Origin: Leptogorgia sarmentosa
Lineage: Eukaryota
NCBI GenBank assembly: GCA_964658305.1
Contig: OZ210885.1
Coordinates: forward strand, 3,782,001 to 3,846,000
Direction: 5' to 3'
Length of the DNA: 64,000 nucleotides
Position 1 is the stretch's first letter; each line of letters starts with the position of its first letter. Below the pieces are notes generated by a model. It saw only the letters and a program-made list of their open reading frames with translations. It did not search any database and was not told the DNA's origin. The translations under genes and the position numbers were made by a program. Shown here one piece after another: positions 27,364 through 39,737 of this stretch.

Positions 27364-29933
27364 ATTTTTGTATCTGCGTGACGTAGTGACGCAGATATAT
27401 TGCTATCGAGTTGTTAGCTGTTAGCTGTTAGCTGTTAGCTGTTAACTGTTAGCTTGCAGCCAATCAGCGAATTCGTTAGTTAAATTTAGCCAATAGGCGA
27501 CAACGTAACATTGAGATGACGTAATTCTCACTGAGCCCACCCGCAAATTTAAGGGAACCAACGTGGAGTTCTTGCGGGCTAAATATTACAAAATGGCGGC
27601 TGATATAGGCGCGAGCTTAAGAGTGGTGATGTGTTTGTCTGTTTGATCGTGGATTTTGTTTCGCATGAATATCCAGATAAAAAGAAAATATAATGTTCGC
27701 AGCGACGAGTGACTTCACTGAAATAGAGGTTAATTTATGAGCGTTTGCGCCGTTTAGAACACTATTTATACTCAGTGGCGTGCGGTGACCAATTGTAGTA
27801 GGCAAGCGGTGTTCGTGGCGAAGCCGCGAACACCCTGAAGGGGGGTCTGGGGGGATTCTCCCCCAGAAAATTTTTGTAATTGCAAAGCTCTGGGATGGCA
27901 TTTACGGCGATTTCAGCGACAAATGACAACGAATTAGTGTTTGTTTCACCTGTAGTTAATGACTAAAATCACGTATATAACGCAATGTATGACGCACATA
28001 TATGCAAATGATTTCAAATATGCGCGCCACTTTTCTGTTGTATTATTGTAAATGCGCGAACTATACTGCTACTCTCTACTGCCGCAGTTTGTATGCTAAT
28101 ACCCGAAGATTGTTTAGGTGTTTACTATATAGTAGATAGTATATATAATGTTAGATTTACTTGTAAATATCAGTTGGGCAGTTAGCGAATATTTCAGGTT
28201 ACGAGAGCTCTAGAACACATTTATACCAAGTATGCAATTTGTATGCGCGTTTGAGTCGCAAATAAATGACGTGTATTCGAATACACTAGAGAATGATGCC
28301 CTAAAGCTTTACAAACCTTATCTTCTGATTCAAAATGCTTTCATAAAATTCAGTAATACATGAAGGCAACAACTACTGCAAGTTCACTCCACAATATGCA
28401 AAGATGAAAGTCAGACGTATTAATTGGTGTTTGAATTGCGAAAGCTAGTACTGAAAGTATCATATGGCAAACATGTTAGGATTGATAGTTGACCAATTGG
28501 CAATGGAGCGGCGTTCCTTAGAAGCGCCGCTTGCAGTTCGCCTATATTCCTCGAATAGCAGAGCGCGAAAGTTGACTTAGCGCGTGCGCAATAGCTGATT
28601 TATCATCGTCAAGGCAAGCGTGCTTGCCTTGGTTAATAATGAAGAAATAACCGGAATTTTTGTGAAGGGTACAGCATAACAACAACCAATACGCGCTCAA
28701 TGATATAGATAAGCCCTACGAAACGTCTAGAGGTAATTGACAGACCACGAAAAATATAGAAACTTGAAACCTCGAGCTCGCAATGATATAATATAGATGC
28801 TAACATCACGTATTCGGGCTTAAACAAGCGCTGTAATAAATAATGTTGTTAACCTGCTTTATCAGCAAAGATTCTAACATTGTTGATTTCGAAATTACCT
28901 TTGAATATTTTTCTGAGATCTAAATGTTAGGGCAAGCGGCGCTTGCCTGCGCTTGCTGGACCGCACGCCACTGTTTATACTAAGGAAATTTATACGCAAA
29001 AATATCATGACGCAAATTGCAGACATTGGCATTGCTTTTAAAGATATTAATTAAAGAGGTTCGCGTTCGCTATGCAATTTAGATCATCAAAGCAAAAATA
29101 TCATGACGCAATTTATACAATTGAACACAGCGAATATTTAAGGTTATGAAAGAGTTTAATGTCTTGACACAATTGCGCGTATATTTTCCCTACGATACTT
29201 TAGCGTGTCGGCACTGTCGCACTGACACACTGTACATGTTTGGATTGCCCGCGGTGTCATTGTGATCACGGAATATCTACTATATTTTGACGCTTCGCCA
29301 TACGGAATGGTTGAAACATTCAATCCCAGGAAAATAGATTTCGTAGCTTGTAATAAAACGGGTTTGTGCGTTTATTTAGCGCGAGACAAAACAAACGAAA
29401 TCATATATAGTTTCAAGTATTCTGTTTTGAACCTACGCGTAATGCGCATACCGATCATACATACACTATAGCGTCTACGCAAATGCGCATGAATGGACGG
29501 AATATATTGTGTATAAATATATTATTATAATACGGTATTGAAAAGGGTAAATTTGGTTTTTAGAGAGCCACATTTTTCACAAACAATCACAAAGCGCTGT
29601 GTCTATTAAAGACGCAATAACATAAAACGCGATATCATATGTCGTCAAGTTTCAATTCCTTATGCAATTTGATATATGATCGCGGGAATTCCGGAATGCG
29701 AGATAGTCATGAAAGCTTATATCAAGTATTGAATACGTCTCCGCACAACCTCACGTCTTGCCTAGTATTTTTTTGCGCTATTCGCCTATTCCCTAGCAGT
29801 AAACCATTTTATACATGCAAGATCGCGTATTAGGGACAGATAAGATGCGTGTATCGAAAAGCTGAAAACAAATAAGACTTGATCATCAAGCTACATAGGC
29901 GCAGATACATGTACACTTTGTGTACCTATTTTT
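27364..29933 (+). mobile_element. Helentron-associated non-autonomous element (HINE/DINE-like), unit A
   Basis: 5' T-run + GTATCTGCG with an adjacent inverted copy, then a (GCTGTTA)n microsatellite; the 3' end has CGCAGATAC + hairpin GTACAC-TTT-GTGTAC + T-run; no TSD. Confidence 0.65.
27773..28973. mobile_element. Non-autonomous hAT element nested in unit A
   Basis: TIR CAGTGGCGTGCGGT / CCGCACGCCACTG; 8-bp TSD TTTATACT; the empty site is seen in the inverted copy near 38551. Confidence 0.9.
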
Positions 29934-31894
29934 GTATCTGCGAACGCAGATACTATGCTATGATCTTTCAGCTGTTAGCTGTTAGCTGTTAGCTGTTAGC
30001 TGTTAGCTGTTAGCTGTTAGCTGTTAGCTTCTAGCCAATCAGCGACGAGCTTTTGCTTATAATTACGTAATGCAAGATGGCGGCGTTCGAGGAGTGAAGG
30101 CGATGTTCGATCGGATTTTTGCGAAAATGTGAAGTGCAGTGTTTAAGTACGACGCTTTAAGCAAACAATCTTGACTTTGCAGGTCCCTGTCAATGTGCAG
30201 TTGTAATTTAACAAAGGATTTGAAACGGCAGCGTGCTGTTTTATCGGCCTTTCGATTTGTAAATTGAAAATGCGTACAGAGCACACTGTCCAGATGGCCG
30301 ACCCATGAACGGTTTTGTCACAGCACGCTATATAAAAACTGGATACATTCTGTTGAAGTAGCCTGTTCGCAGGTTAAATCTAATCATATTCAAGATGGCG
30401 GTCAAAATTGAAATAAGGCCAAAACGATATAATTAAATAATTTAATGACATTTACATGTAATATTAGGTAATCCCACGATATTCAGTATAAAGCCATAGT
30501 TTTATGCATATTGGAGGCACAAAGAAAGTTTTTTTCCCAAGGAATTTCCTCGTATTTTTCACGAAAGAGTCGAAGGAGGACGGTCAGAAATGCTGTATAT
30601 GAGAACAGTCAACACTAACTAAACATCGCATATTTAATAAGACAGCATGCTGATTTAGGAAATCTGTTTGAGTATAGTTCTAGGTTTTAATGTTTTGTGC
30701 GTTAGCTTTGGGGTTCGATTAGTTTCATCTTTAGGGTTAGCTTTAGTTTATGTTCATTTATTGCTTGCAAACCAATACTTTAGCGGCAGATTTAAGCGCA
30801 ACCTAGACTTTTTAGCATGTCCGATTGCGCTTTCCGACGACTCATCCGTCAGTTCTGCTTCGTTTGGTGAATTTCATTGCGCATGCACGTACGTCAAAAT
30901 TTGTTTTCTTCGTTTTTTCAACATCCCAGACATTGTGAAAGTGTTAAAAAGCAAGGATAGTCAAGGAAGAACCGAAAACAATTTTTTTGAGTGAAGAAAA
31001 CCGAAAATAATTTTGTCAAGCGCATTGCGCATGCGCGTACGTCAAAATTTGTTCTCCTCGTTGTTTTCAACATCCCAGACATTGTGAAAGCGTTAAAAAG
31101 CAAGAATAGTCAAGGAAGTTGAGATAGTTAAGTGAAAAAAACCGAAAAGAATTCGTCAAGTGCCCTACCATCCGCACAGAACGAGTCTGGTAGATCGCCA
31201 GTAGGGACTTACTAAGGCAACCGGAACGCATCGGGGATGCCCGCTATATCTTGACTGGTACAAATGCATGACTTTGACATTCAGGAACACTCAGAGAGCA
31301 GGGAGATGCAGATCGGCCCCTAGACCATATGTGATAAGCACCTTGTCCTTTAGCGAAAGGCAACGTCGTAGCATGAGAACCAATAAGCTATATTCCGGAT
31401 TTGTATTTAACTACGTCACACTCTTGTGGCGTGGTTGTTGTGGGACTCGTTTGGTGAATTTCATTGCGCATGCGCGTACGTCAAAATTTGTTTTCTGCGT
31501 TTTTTCAACATCCCAGACATTGTGAAAGTGTTAAAAAGCAAGGATAGTCAAGGAAGAACCGAAAACAATTTTTTTGAGTGAAGAAAACCGAAAATAATTT
31601 TGTCAAGCGCATTGCGCATGCGCGTACGTCAAAATTTGTTTTCTTCGTTTTTTCTTCGTTGTTTTCAACATCCCAGACATTGTGAAAATGTTAAAAAGCA
31701 AGAATAGCAAAGGGAGAAACGAAATAAAAATTTTTTGAGTGAAAAAGCCCCAAAATAATTTTGTCAAGGTCAGAACGAGTCTGGTAGATCGCCAGTAGGT
31801 TACTTGCAAACCAATACTTTAGTGGTAGATTTAGGGGAACGTCAGTTCTGCTTCACCATTCGCAGATACATGTGCGCTTTGCGAACCTAGTTTT
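29929..31894 (+). mobile_element. HINE-like element, unit B, with internal direct repeats at 30860-31205 and 31448-31799
   Basis: 5' TTTTTGTATCTGCGAACGCAGATAC, (GCTGTTA)n at 29970-30029, 3' CGCAGATAC + GTGCGC-TTT-GCGAAC hairpin. Confidence 0.65.
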
Positions 31895-33573
31895 GTATCT
31901 GCGAACGCAGATACTATGCTATGACCCTGTTAGCTGTTAGCTGTTAGCTGTTAGCTGTTAGCTGTTAGTTGTTAGCTGTTAGCTGTTAGCTGTTAGCTGT
32001 TAGCTTCTAGCCAATCAGCGACGAGCTTTTGCTTATAATTACGTAATGCAAGATGGCGGCGTTCGAGGAGTGAAGGCGATGTTCGATCGGATTTTCGCGA
32101 AAATGTGAAGTGCAGTGTTTAAGTACGACGCTTTAAGCAAACAATCTTGACTTTGCAGGTCCCTGTCAATGTGCAGTTGTAATTTAACAAAGGATTTGAA
32201 ACGGCAGCGTGCTGTTTTATCGGCGTTTCGATTTGTAATTTGAAAATGCGTACAGAGCACACTGTCCAGCAGTGTTTCCATTTGCAAATTTTTCAAATCC
32301 TTTATCGGGTCTTCAAAACGCCTTTTTTACAGCTAAAATTCCTTACAAATAATTTCAAAAAGCCTTGCAAAATTCCTTGCAAACGCCCATAAAAAGAGTG
32401 ATTTTACGAACACATTTAAAACAATTTTAATAAGTTTTTAACATAAAGACATGTGAAATTTGAATTATGAACATACAGAGGAGTCTGAATAGTGAATCAT
32501 CCACATTCATAAATTATTAGTTCACTCATTTACATCATGTTCTCGTTAATTCGATCAAATGAAAGATCACATTTTACAGAAATAACGGAATATTTATATA
32601 GCGAAAGGAAAACAAGTAGCGAATGTGGACTATATATAGGATCAGGAGTATTAAATGAAGTCGTGGCAATGTGGGGAGCCATATGCTATAATCCCCAACG
32701 TGCCACCAATGTCCTCTATGATATCGCGTATTGTACTTTCATGATCTTTTCACATTTTAAAATGTCCAAAGTATTGAGTTTATCACAATTTAGCACTATT
32801 TTACAAAATATAATAAATATCCTTGCAAATTCCTTGAGCAAAGTCATTTTTCCTTGCCAATTCCTTTTGTTTTTGAATTCCTTGCATTTGTCCTTGCAAA
32901 GGGCAAAAATCCCTTTTGCAAGGAAAAATCCTTGCAAATGGAAACACTGCTGTCCAGATGGCCGACCCATGAACGGTTTTGTCACAGCACGCTATATAAA
33001 AACTGGATACATTCTGTTGAAGTAGCCTGTTCTCAGGTTAAATCTAATCATATTCAAGATGGCGGTCAAAATTGAAATAAGGCCAAAACGATATAATTAA
33101 ATAATTTAATGACATTTACATGTAATATTAGGTAATCCCACGATATTCAGTATGAAGCCATAGTTTTATGCATATTGGAGGCACAAAGAAAGTTTTTTCC
33201 CAAGGAATTTCCTCGTATTTTTCACGAAAGAGTCGAAGGAGGAAGGTGAGAAATGCTGTATATGAGAACAGTCAACACTAACTAAACATCGCATATTTAA
33301 TAAGACAGCATGCTGATTCAGGAAATCTGTTTGAGTATAGTTCTAGGTTTTAATGTTTTGTGCGTTAGGCTGTTAGCTTTGGGGTTCGATTAGTTTCATA
33401 TTTAGGGTTAGCTTTAGTTTAGGTTCATTTATTGCTTGCAAACCAATACTTTAGCGGTAGATTTAAGCGCAACCTGGACTTTTTAGCATGTCCGATTGCA
33501 CTTTCCGACCACTCATCCGTCAGTTCTGCTTCACCATTCGCAGATACATGTGCGCTTTGCGAACCTATTTTTT
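31891..33573 (+). mobile_element. HINE-like element, unit C; near-identical to unit B
   Basis: Same termini as unit B; (GCTGTTA)n at 31927-32005; body alignable with 30030-30860. Confidence 0.65.
32270..32949. mobile_element. hAT-type MITE nested in unit C
   Basis: TIR CAGTGTTTCCATTTGCAA / TTGCAAATGGAAACACTG; 8-bp TSD CTGTCCAG; empty site in unit B at about 30286-30293. Confidence 0.9.
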
Positions 33574-33604
33574 CTAATTACTCCTAATTTCATGCATCTT
33601 GTAG

Positions 33605-35500
33605 ATATTAATGAATGCACTTCTGGTTTACAGAATTGCCACGTGTATGCCACGTGTACCAACTCCTTTGGTGGATTCAGCTGTGCTTGTAATGTGGGCT
33701 ATCCTGGAAATGGGACATTTTGTCAAGATGACCCTGGGAATATCATCGTGATAGAGTTACATGTTTTGTTGTTGTTTCCTGATCATGATATGTTCTTCTT
33801 CTTTTGTTTTTCTTTGATCAGTAGCCTTATTTTCATAGTTGCCCTGATTATTCATTCCTGCATATGAAAATTGACAGGTTTTGTCGTCATTATTTTATAG
33901 ATATTGATGAATGTACGACAAACACTGACAACTGTCACGTGAAAGCTACATGTACAAATACGATTGGTTCTTTCACCTGTCAATGTCTTGTTGGTTATGA
34001 AGGAAATGGAACTCGTTGTATCGGTAGGTAAAGCCTAACAACGCAATATTCAATGCATCATTGGAACAGGAAATATTCTGAACGTTTTGACAATTTTTCA
34101 GCAGAGATTTAATATTTAAAATTTAATATTTACTCTTTGAGTGTAGCTTTATATATTGGTATATCCGAGTTTACAGACCATAAAAACAATTGATTTTAAA
34201 AGAAATTAATTGCACAAAACAAGATTCACACACATTCACATGCACCCTCTCATCTAGCTGGCTACTATACAGGGTGTATAAAAAAAAACTGAACAGATTT
34301 TAAATTGATCTCAACTTCGCAAAGGGGCTCGGGGTACAAAGTTTTTGGTTTATGTGGATTGTTTGAGTACTTATAATGTAGAATAAACGAAAACATTTTG
34401 TAATTTGAATTTTCAAAAACCCGGGGGGAGTGTTTTTTGCCAACAGAACAGTTTTTACCTGTCAAGGTAATCATCTCTGTTCGTACAAATGGCAATATTT
34501 TTAAAATAAGAAATCAGACATGTTCTTATGAAAAAAGTTTAATTATACGTAATCTACAAAACACTTTTCTTGGAAAAACTGCCCGGTAAACAGCATGAGT
34601 AATTCATGTGTGTGAACGCGCACGTCCACGCTCTATTTTGAAAATCGAATATCACTAGCTAATGTAGCTAGTTACATAATAACATTCCCGAGGCACATTC
34701 ACGTACGGAGGAGACGACACTTAATTTCACCACTGTCACCGCGATTGAAGGGCTATATAGTTTAGACCCGAAACGTAAGAAAGTTCATCATCCTGACAAT
34801 ACTTTCATCCCATTTTTTTAGCGATTGGTGTTGCGTTCTCTTAACAAACGTGTAATGTTAATGAAAATGGCAATTACGCTTATGCATTTAGTCTGATAAA
34901 TTATGCTCATTCTCGTATTAGTGGTATCAATTCTTCTATGATCTTTTTACTTTCTCTATAGCGTTTGATCCAGATTCATCTAATCCATCACCTCCCTCAT
35001 CATCGAACATCAATACAGGTGTCGTTATCGGAGTAGTGGTGGCAGCTTTAGTCGTCATCATAGTAGTAATTTTGATAGTCACTTGGATTTTATATCGAAG
35101 AAAGACTGGGCAAGAAAATAGAGAAGCTATGGGGAACATTCAAAATGCTGTATATAAGGGTGACACCCAACTACAGAGAAGACTTCCACAAATATCTCAT
35201 TCTGACAGTGATTACGAAGAACCGTCAGACTATGCACAACTTGACAGCTCCAAGCGAGTTAACATTGACGCAAATTACCAAAGTTTAATACACGAAAACG
35301 AACAAGGTAGTCCCACAGATTATGCACAACTGGATCTTTCTAACAGGATTCCCATTGACGCAAATTACCAAAGTTTAATACACGAAAACACGCAAGGTAC
35401 TCATACAAACAGTTCATTGGCAAATCAATCCAATGAAGAGGACTGGCATGTCACTGGCAGTGAGGTTGGGAACGAGGCCATCTACGAAGAGTTATCCTAG
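33605..35500 (+). pseudogene. 3' portion of a calcium-binding-EGF-repeat single-pass transmembrane receptor with a tyrosine-motif-rich tail; exons 33605-33727, 33901-34023, 34962-35500; 5' exons not found
   Basis: Two 123-nt phase-1 cbEGF exons (DINECTSGLQNCHVYATCTN..., DIDECTTNTDNCHVKATCTN...), a TM segment VVIGVVVAALVVIIVVILIVTWILY followed by RRK, and a tail with YAQL/YQSL/YEEL. The donor after the first EGF exon reads AT instead of GT. Confidence 0.75.
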
Positions 35501-35929
35501 ATGTCATTACTAGACCTTCATATATTTTAATCTTAGTTTTCTGTTACTTCCGCGTATGCCAGTATAAATCTCCCGAGGAATCTCTGCATGGAGAACACAC
35601 ATGTGACTCATGGCGATAATCAATGAAACAAGAAACAATTGAACGTACTTATAAAAAAATTAAACAACATAATGTAGACTTCATGATGGCGTTAACAGAA
35701 AAATCACTAATAATTTCACTCCAGTGGAATTATTTATCCAGTAATTTTTTAATGCTAAAATTAATTTTATTAATAATTACAATAACTCCACAGCTACAAA
35801 TTAATCAAAGTCTGTTTTTTCTACTCTGACATTTAGCTGTTCTGCTTCCGTTTCGTTCCGTTTACGCTAAATGAGCAAACTTAGGGGGTGTTTATATGGA
35901 GGCGAGCCAGCCCGGGTACCGGGCTGGCT

Positions 35930-36254
35930 TGTCGAGAACTTGCCTCCGAATCGTTTTCCTCGACAAGTCACAAAATCAATAAAACCGCAAAAGGGTTTGA
36001 CAAAATTCAAATTGATAATAATAAAACAAACTAATAATAACAACAAATAATTCTACAATGTCACAGTCTCACTTCGACGACTAGCGCACGGGCTAAGTTT
36101 CTTTCTATATTCGCTCCTTTCACACTCACGATACCGACGATACTTACTATACTTTGAAATGCTTCTGGTTATATGTACCTACTAATCTGTCACGTGCCTT
36201 AATTATAATATTTAACATAACTTATTAATTACTGCTTGTCAGTCAGTCCCGACA
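35930..36254 (-). mobile_element. 3' LTR of a BEL/Pao retrotransposon (325 bp)
   Basis: On the minus strand, a polypurine tract GGGGGAG precedes TGTCG...CGACA termini, downstream of the integrase ORF. Confidence 0.75.
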
Positions 36255-36405
36255 CACTCCCCCATGTAGCTCAGTTCTGAGATATATGTTCCTAAGGGAC
36301 TGACTTCGTTGAACGTCCACAGCTGTATCTAACCTAATGAAGAACTAAGAAAATGTTAACTAAGTCTCCCAATAATGTTAATGTTCACTACAGCGACATT
36401 GTCTG

Positions 36406-37742
36406 TTACCCCGCCTCTTGATCTGCTGTCGCTTGTTGTTCTATTCGCACCTCCGCCGCTGCTGCTGCGTCTCTCTTCGGCCGTGGTTGGAAGACCGGGG
36501 CACAAAGGTTGGGAGTCCACGATTTCTCTTCTTCGCTGGATAATTCGAGGGGATATAACTGCTGCACAGCTCTCTCGAGAACTCCCCTTGCCGTTCGGAC
36601 TTTCGCTCCTCTCACAACGCCATCACGTCCCTTGAGCTGCCTTCCGATTATCCCCAGTTTCCAGTGGTTCCGATTCTTGTCTTCGTCTTCGATTATCACT
36701 GCCTCGCCGATCTGAGGGCACGCCGACCGTTTTCCGACTCCGCAACGATGACGCTCCCGTAAACTCCGCACGTATTCTCTCGTCCAACGTTTCCACATTG
36801 CCTCCTTGCATTTCTTGAGGAACTTTGCTCGCTTTCGCAAACTAGGTTCCTCCACGTGACGCGTTTTCAGCTCGGGTAGGACGCTCGGATTGATATTCAA
36901 CATAGAATTCGGCGTGAGGGTTGACAATTCTACGTCATCCTCCACGTAACTCAACGGGCGATTGTTCAGTGCCACTTCGACCTCGAGAACCACGTCCTTT
37001 AGCTCTTCCCACGTCAGCGTTCCGTTTCCGATAGACTTATAAAAGGCTCGCTTGAATAGGCCGATCAGTCGTTCGAACTGACCGCCCCACCACGGTGCAC
37101 GACTAAGGTTGAAACGCCATTCAATCCTACGGTCGCTAAGAAATTCGTGGAATCGTTCGTCACGTTGTACACGTTTCAACCACCTCTCGGCTGCTTTAAA
37201 TGTTGACCCGTTGTCTGAGTAGATTATCTCGGGGCGTCCGCGTCTCGCGATGAGTTCTCGTAGGCTTGGCAAGAATTCACCGAGCTCCAATGATCGTAAT
37301 AGGTCGAGGTGCACTGCGCGAGTCAAGCTACACCCGTACAACACCAGATAGGCTTTTCTTTCGGCCTTTGCCTTCGTTTGGTACCGGATGGGTCCCGCGA
37401 AATCTACCCCTAAGACTTGGAACGGTGTCGACCCCTTCGTTCGAGACGGTGGAAGATTTCCGGGGGGTGGTCTGCTGTACGCTTGACTCCGAAATCTCGA
37501 GCATCCGTGGCATTTACTTCTCACGCGCTTAACAAGACTGCGAAGCTTCGGGATCCAAAATCGCTCGCGAACCTTAGCCATTGTCATTGCTACTCCACCG
37601 TGCAACGTAACGAGATGAGCTTGCTCGACGACCTTCGACGCGATGACGTGATTTTGGGGTAAATAAACCGGATATTCACCGTCTATTCTGCCGCGACATT
37701 CGAGAATCTTCGCTTCGTTTTCTTGAAGGTTGAGTTCGCGTT
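36406..37742 (-). mobile_element. BEL/Pao LTR retrotransposon pol 3' fragment (integrase and C-terminal domain), 5'-truncated
   Basis: Zinc finger H..H(LHGG)...CHGC, catalytic GVDFAGP and YSDNG, APWWGGQFERL, LNNRPL, and the BEL-typical tail WKRWTREY...RNHWKLG...LERAVQQLYPLE. Confidence 0.92.
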
Positions 37743-38928
37743 TGACTGTCTCGCATTCCGGAATTGCCGCGATCATATATCAAATTGCATAAGGAATTGA
37801 AACTTGACGACATATGATATCCCATTTTATGTTATTGCGTCTTTAAAATAGACACAGCGCTTTGCGATTGTTTGTGAAAAATGTGGCTCTCTAAAAACCA
37901 AATTTACCCTTTTCAATACCGTATCATAATAATATATTTATATACAATATATTCCGTCCATTCATGCGCATTTGCGTAGACGCTAAAGTGTATGTATGAT
38001 CGGTATGCGCATTGCATAGGTTCAAAACAGAATGCTTTTTATTTATTTATTTATGACAATATTTAAATAGGAAACTCTCTCACGTAAAGTGATTTTCAGA
38101 GAGGTCCTATATAGCTTGAAACTATATATGATTTCGTTTGTTTTGTCTCGCACATAATAAACGCACAAACCCGTTTTACTACAAGCTACGAAATCTATTT
38201 TCCCGGGATTGAATGTTTCAACCATTTTGTATGGCGAAGCGTCAAAATATAGTAGATATTCCATGATCACAATGACACCGCGGGCAGTCCAAACATGTAC
38301 AGTGTGTCAGTGCGACAGTGCCGACACGCTAAAGTATCGTTGAGAAAATATACGCGCAATTGTGTCAAGACATTAAACTCTTTCATAACCTTAAATATTT
38401 GCTGTGTTCAATTGTATAAATTGCGTCATGATATTTTTGCTTTGATGATCTAAATTGCATAGCGAACGCGAACCTCTTTAATTAATATCTTTAAAAGCAA
38501 TGCCAATGTCTGCAATTTGCGTCATGATATTTTTGCGTATAAATTTCTTTAGTATAAATAGTGTTCTAAACGGCGTAAACGCTCATAAATTAACCTCTAT
38601 TTCAGTGAAGTCACTCGTCGCTGCGAACATTGTATTTTCTTTTTATCTGGATATTCATGCGAAACATAATCCACGATCAAACAGACAAACACATCACCAT
38701 TCTTTAGCTCGCCCCCATATCAGTCGCCATATTTGTAGCCTGAAAACACACCTTCACGCGTACGGTTTTGGGAGATGCTCAGTGAGAATTACGTCATCTC
38801 AATGTTACGTTGTCGTCTATTGGCTAAATTGAATCAGATTTAACTAACGAATTCGCTGATTGGCTGCAAGCTAACAGTTAACAGCTAACAACTCGATAGC
38901 AATATATCTGCTGCGCAGATACAAAAAT
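37743..38928 (-). mobile_element. Inverted, 3'-truncated copy of HINE-like unit A, lacking the nested hAT
   Basis: Reverse complement matches 27364-27772 plus 28982-29709, including the (GCTGTTA)n tract and the 5' terminus. Confidence 0.85.
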
Positions 38929-39391
38929 CAAGAATCCATCGCACAAAAACATTCAAGGTCAAGTAGCTTGAAGCACTATCAGCTTCAGCTTGCGTCAGAC
39001 TGCATCCACAACATCCCCTGTTTATGATATCTAAAATATACTTCCCCTGCTTATGATTAGCCTGCGAACTTTATTAATTAGCCGAATTCATAGTTGAAAG
39101 GCTCGAACGTCTTGAAGGAACAATGTGACTGCTTTGGCAGCACTTTACGATCGATTAGTTTCGGGGTTAATTCCATTCAAATTGCACGATTTTCATCCAA
39201 AACCTTCAGCACGGGTAGTTATTTCCAAAAAATGGTGCTAGAACGTGATCGGAAACGTTATGCGGTCGTAAAATGGGAAAAACATGGTTTTCCCTATAAT
39301 AGCTCCTATTAATTTGACCGGTTGAGCAGCCATTTTGGATTGCTCATGTTTGCCACATTTCTACAGTCAGCAATCTAGGCTTCCTATATCT

Positions 39392-39737
39392 ATGGCCGAA
39401 TTGATATCAGGGACGGGAAACTCGTCTCACGCGGAAAACTCATCTAATATGAATCCGGGCGCAGCTGATTTTCCCGAAAGTTCCCGTCCAGACGAGAAAC
39501 TCGTCTTAAATTCGAATTTAGACGGATAAATAACACGAGTCTCCTCACCAAACACGGTCAAAGACTGGAACTAGGGTAAAGGAAATAAACAAAATGGCCC
39601 TTATTTGCTCGGGCAACACAGCACCACTTTCGACAGACGAGTTTCCCGTCCCTAAATTCACATTCAGAAGGGTTTTGACAGACGGGCTTCCCGTCTAAGA
39701 CGAGTTTCCCATCCCAGACCTAATATGAATTCGGCTA
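39392..39737. mobile_element. MITE
   Basis: Imperfect TIR GCCGAATTGATATCAGGGACGGGAAACTCGTCT / AGACGAGTTTCCCATCCC..TAATATGAATTCGGC. Confidence 0.6.

Noticed and set aside
29970..32005. (GCTGTTA)n tracts and longer repeats as a CRISPR array or telomeric repeat
   Set aside because: These are contiguous heptamers with no unique spacers and no cas genes, in a eukaryotic context; they are not TTAGGG and sit at a fixed position inside the HINE-like units.
32537..33025. 162-aa ORF as a transposase or host gene
   Set aside because: It spans a MITE/HINE junction, has no recognisable motif, and is absent from the paralogous unit B.
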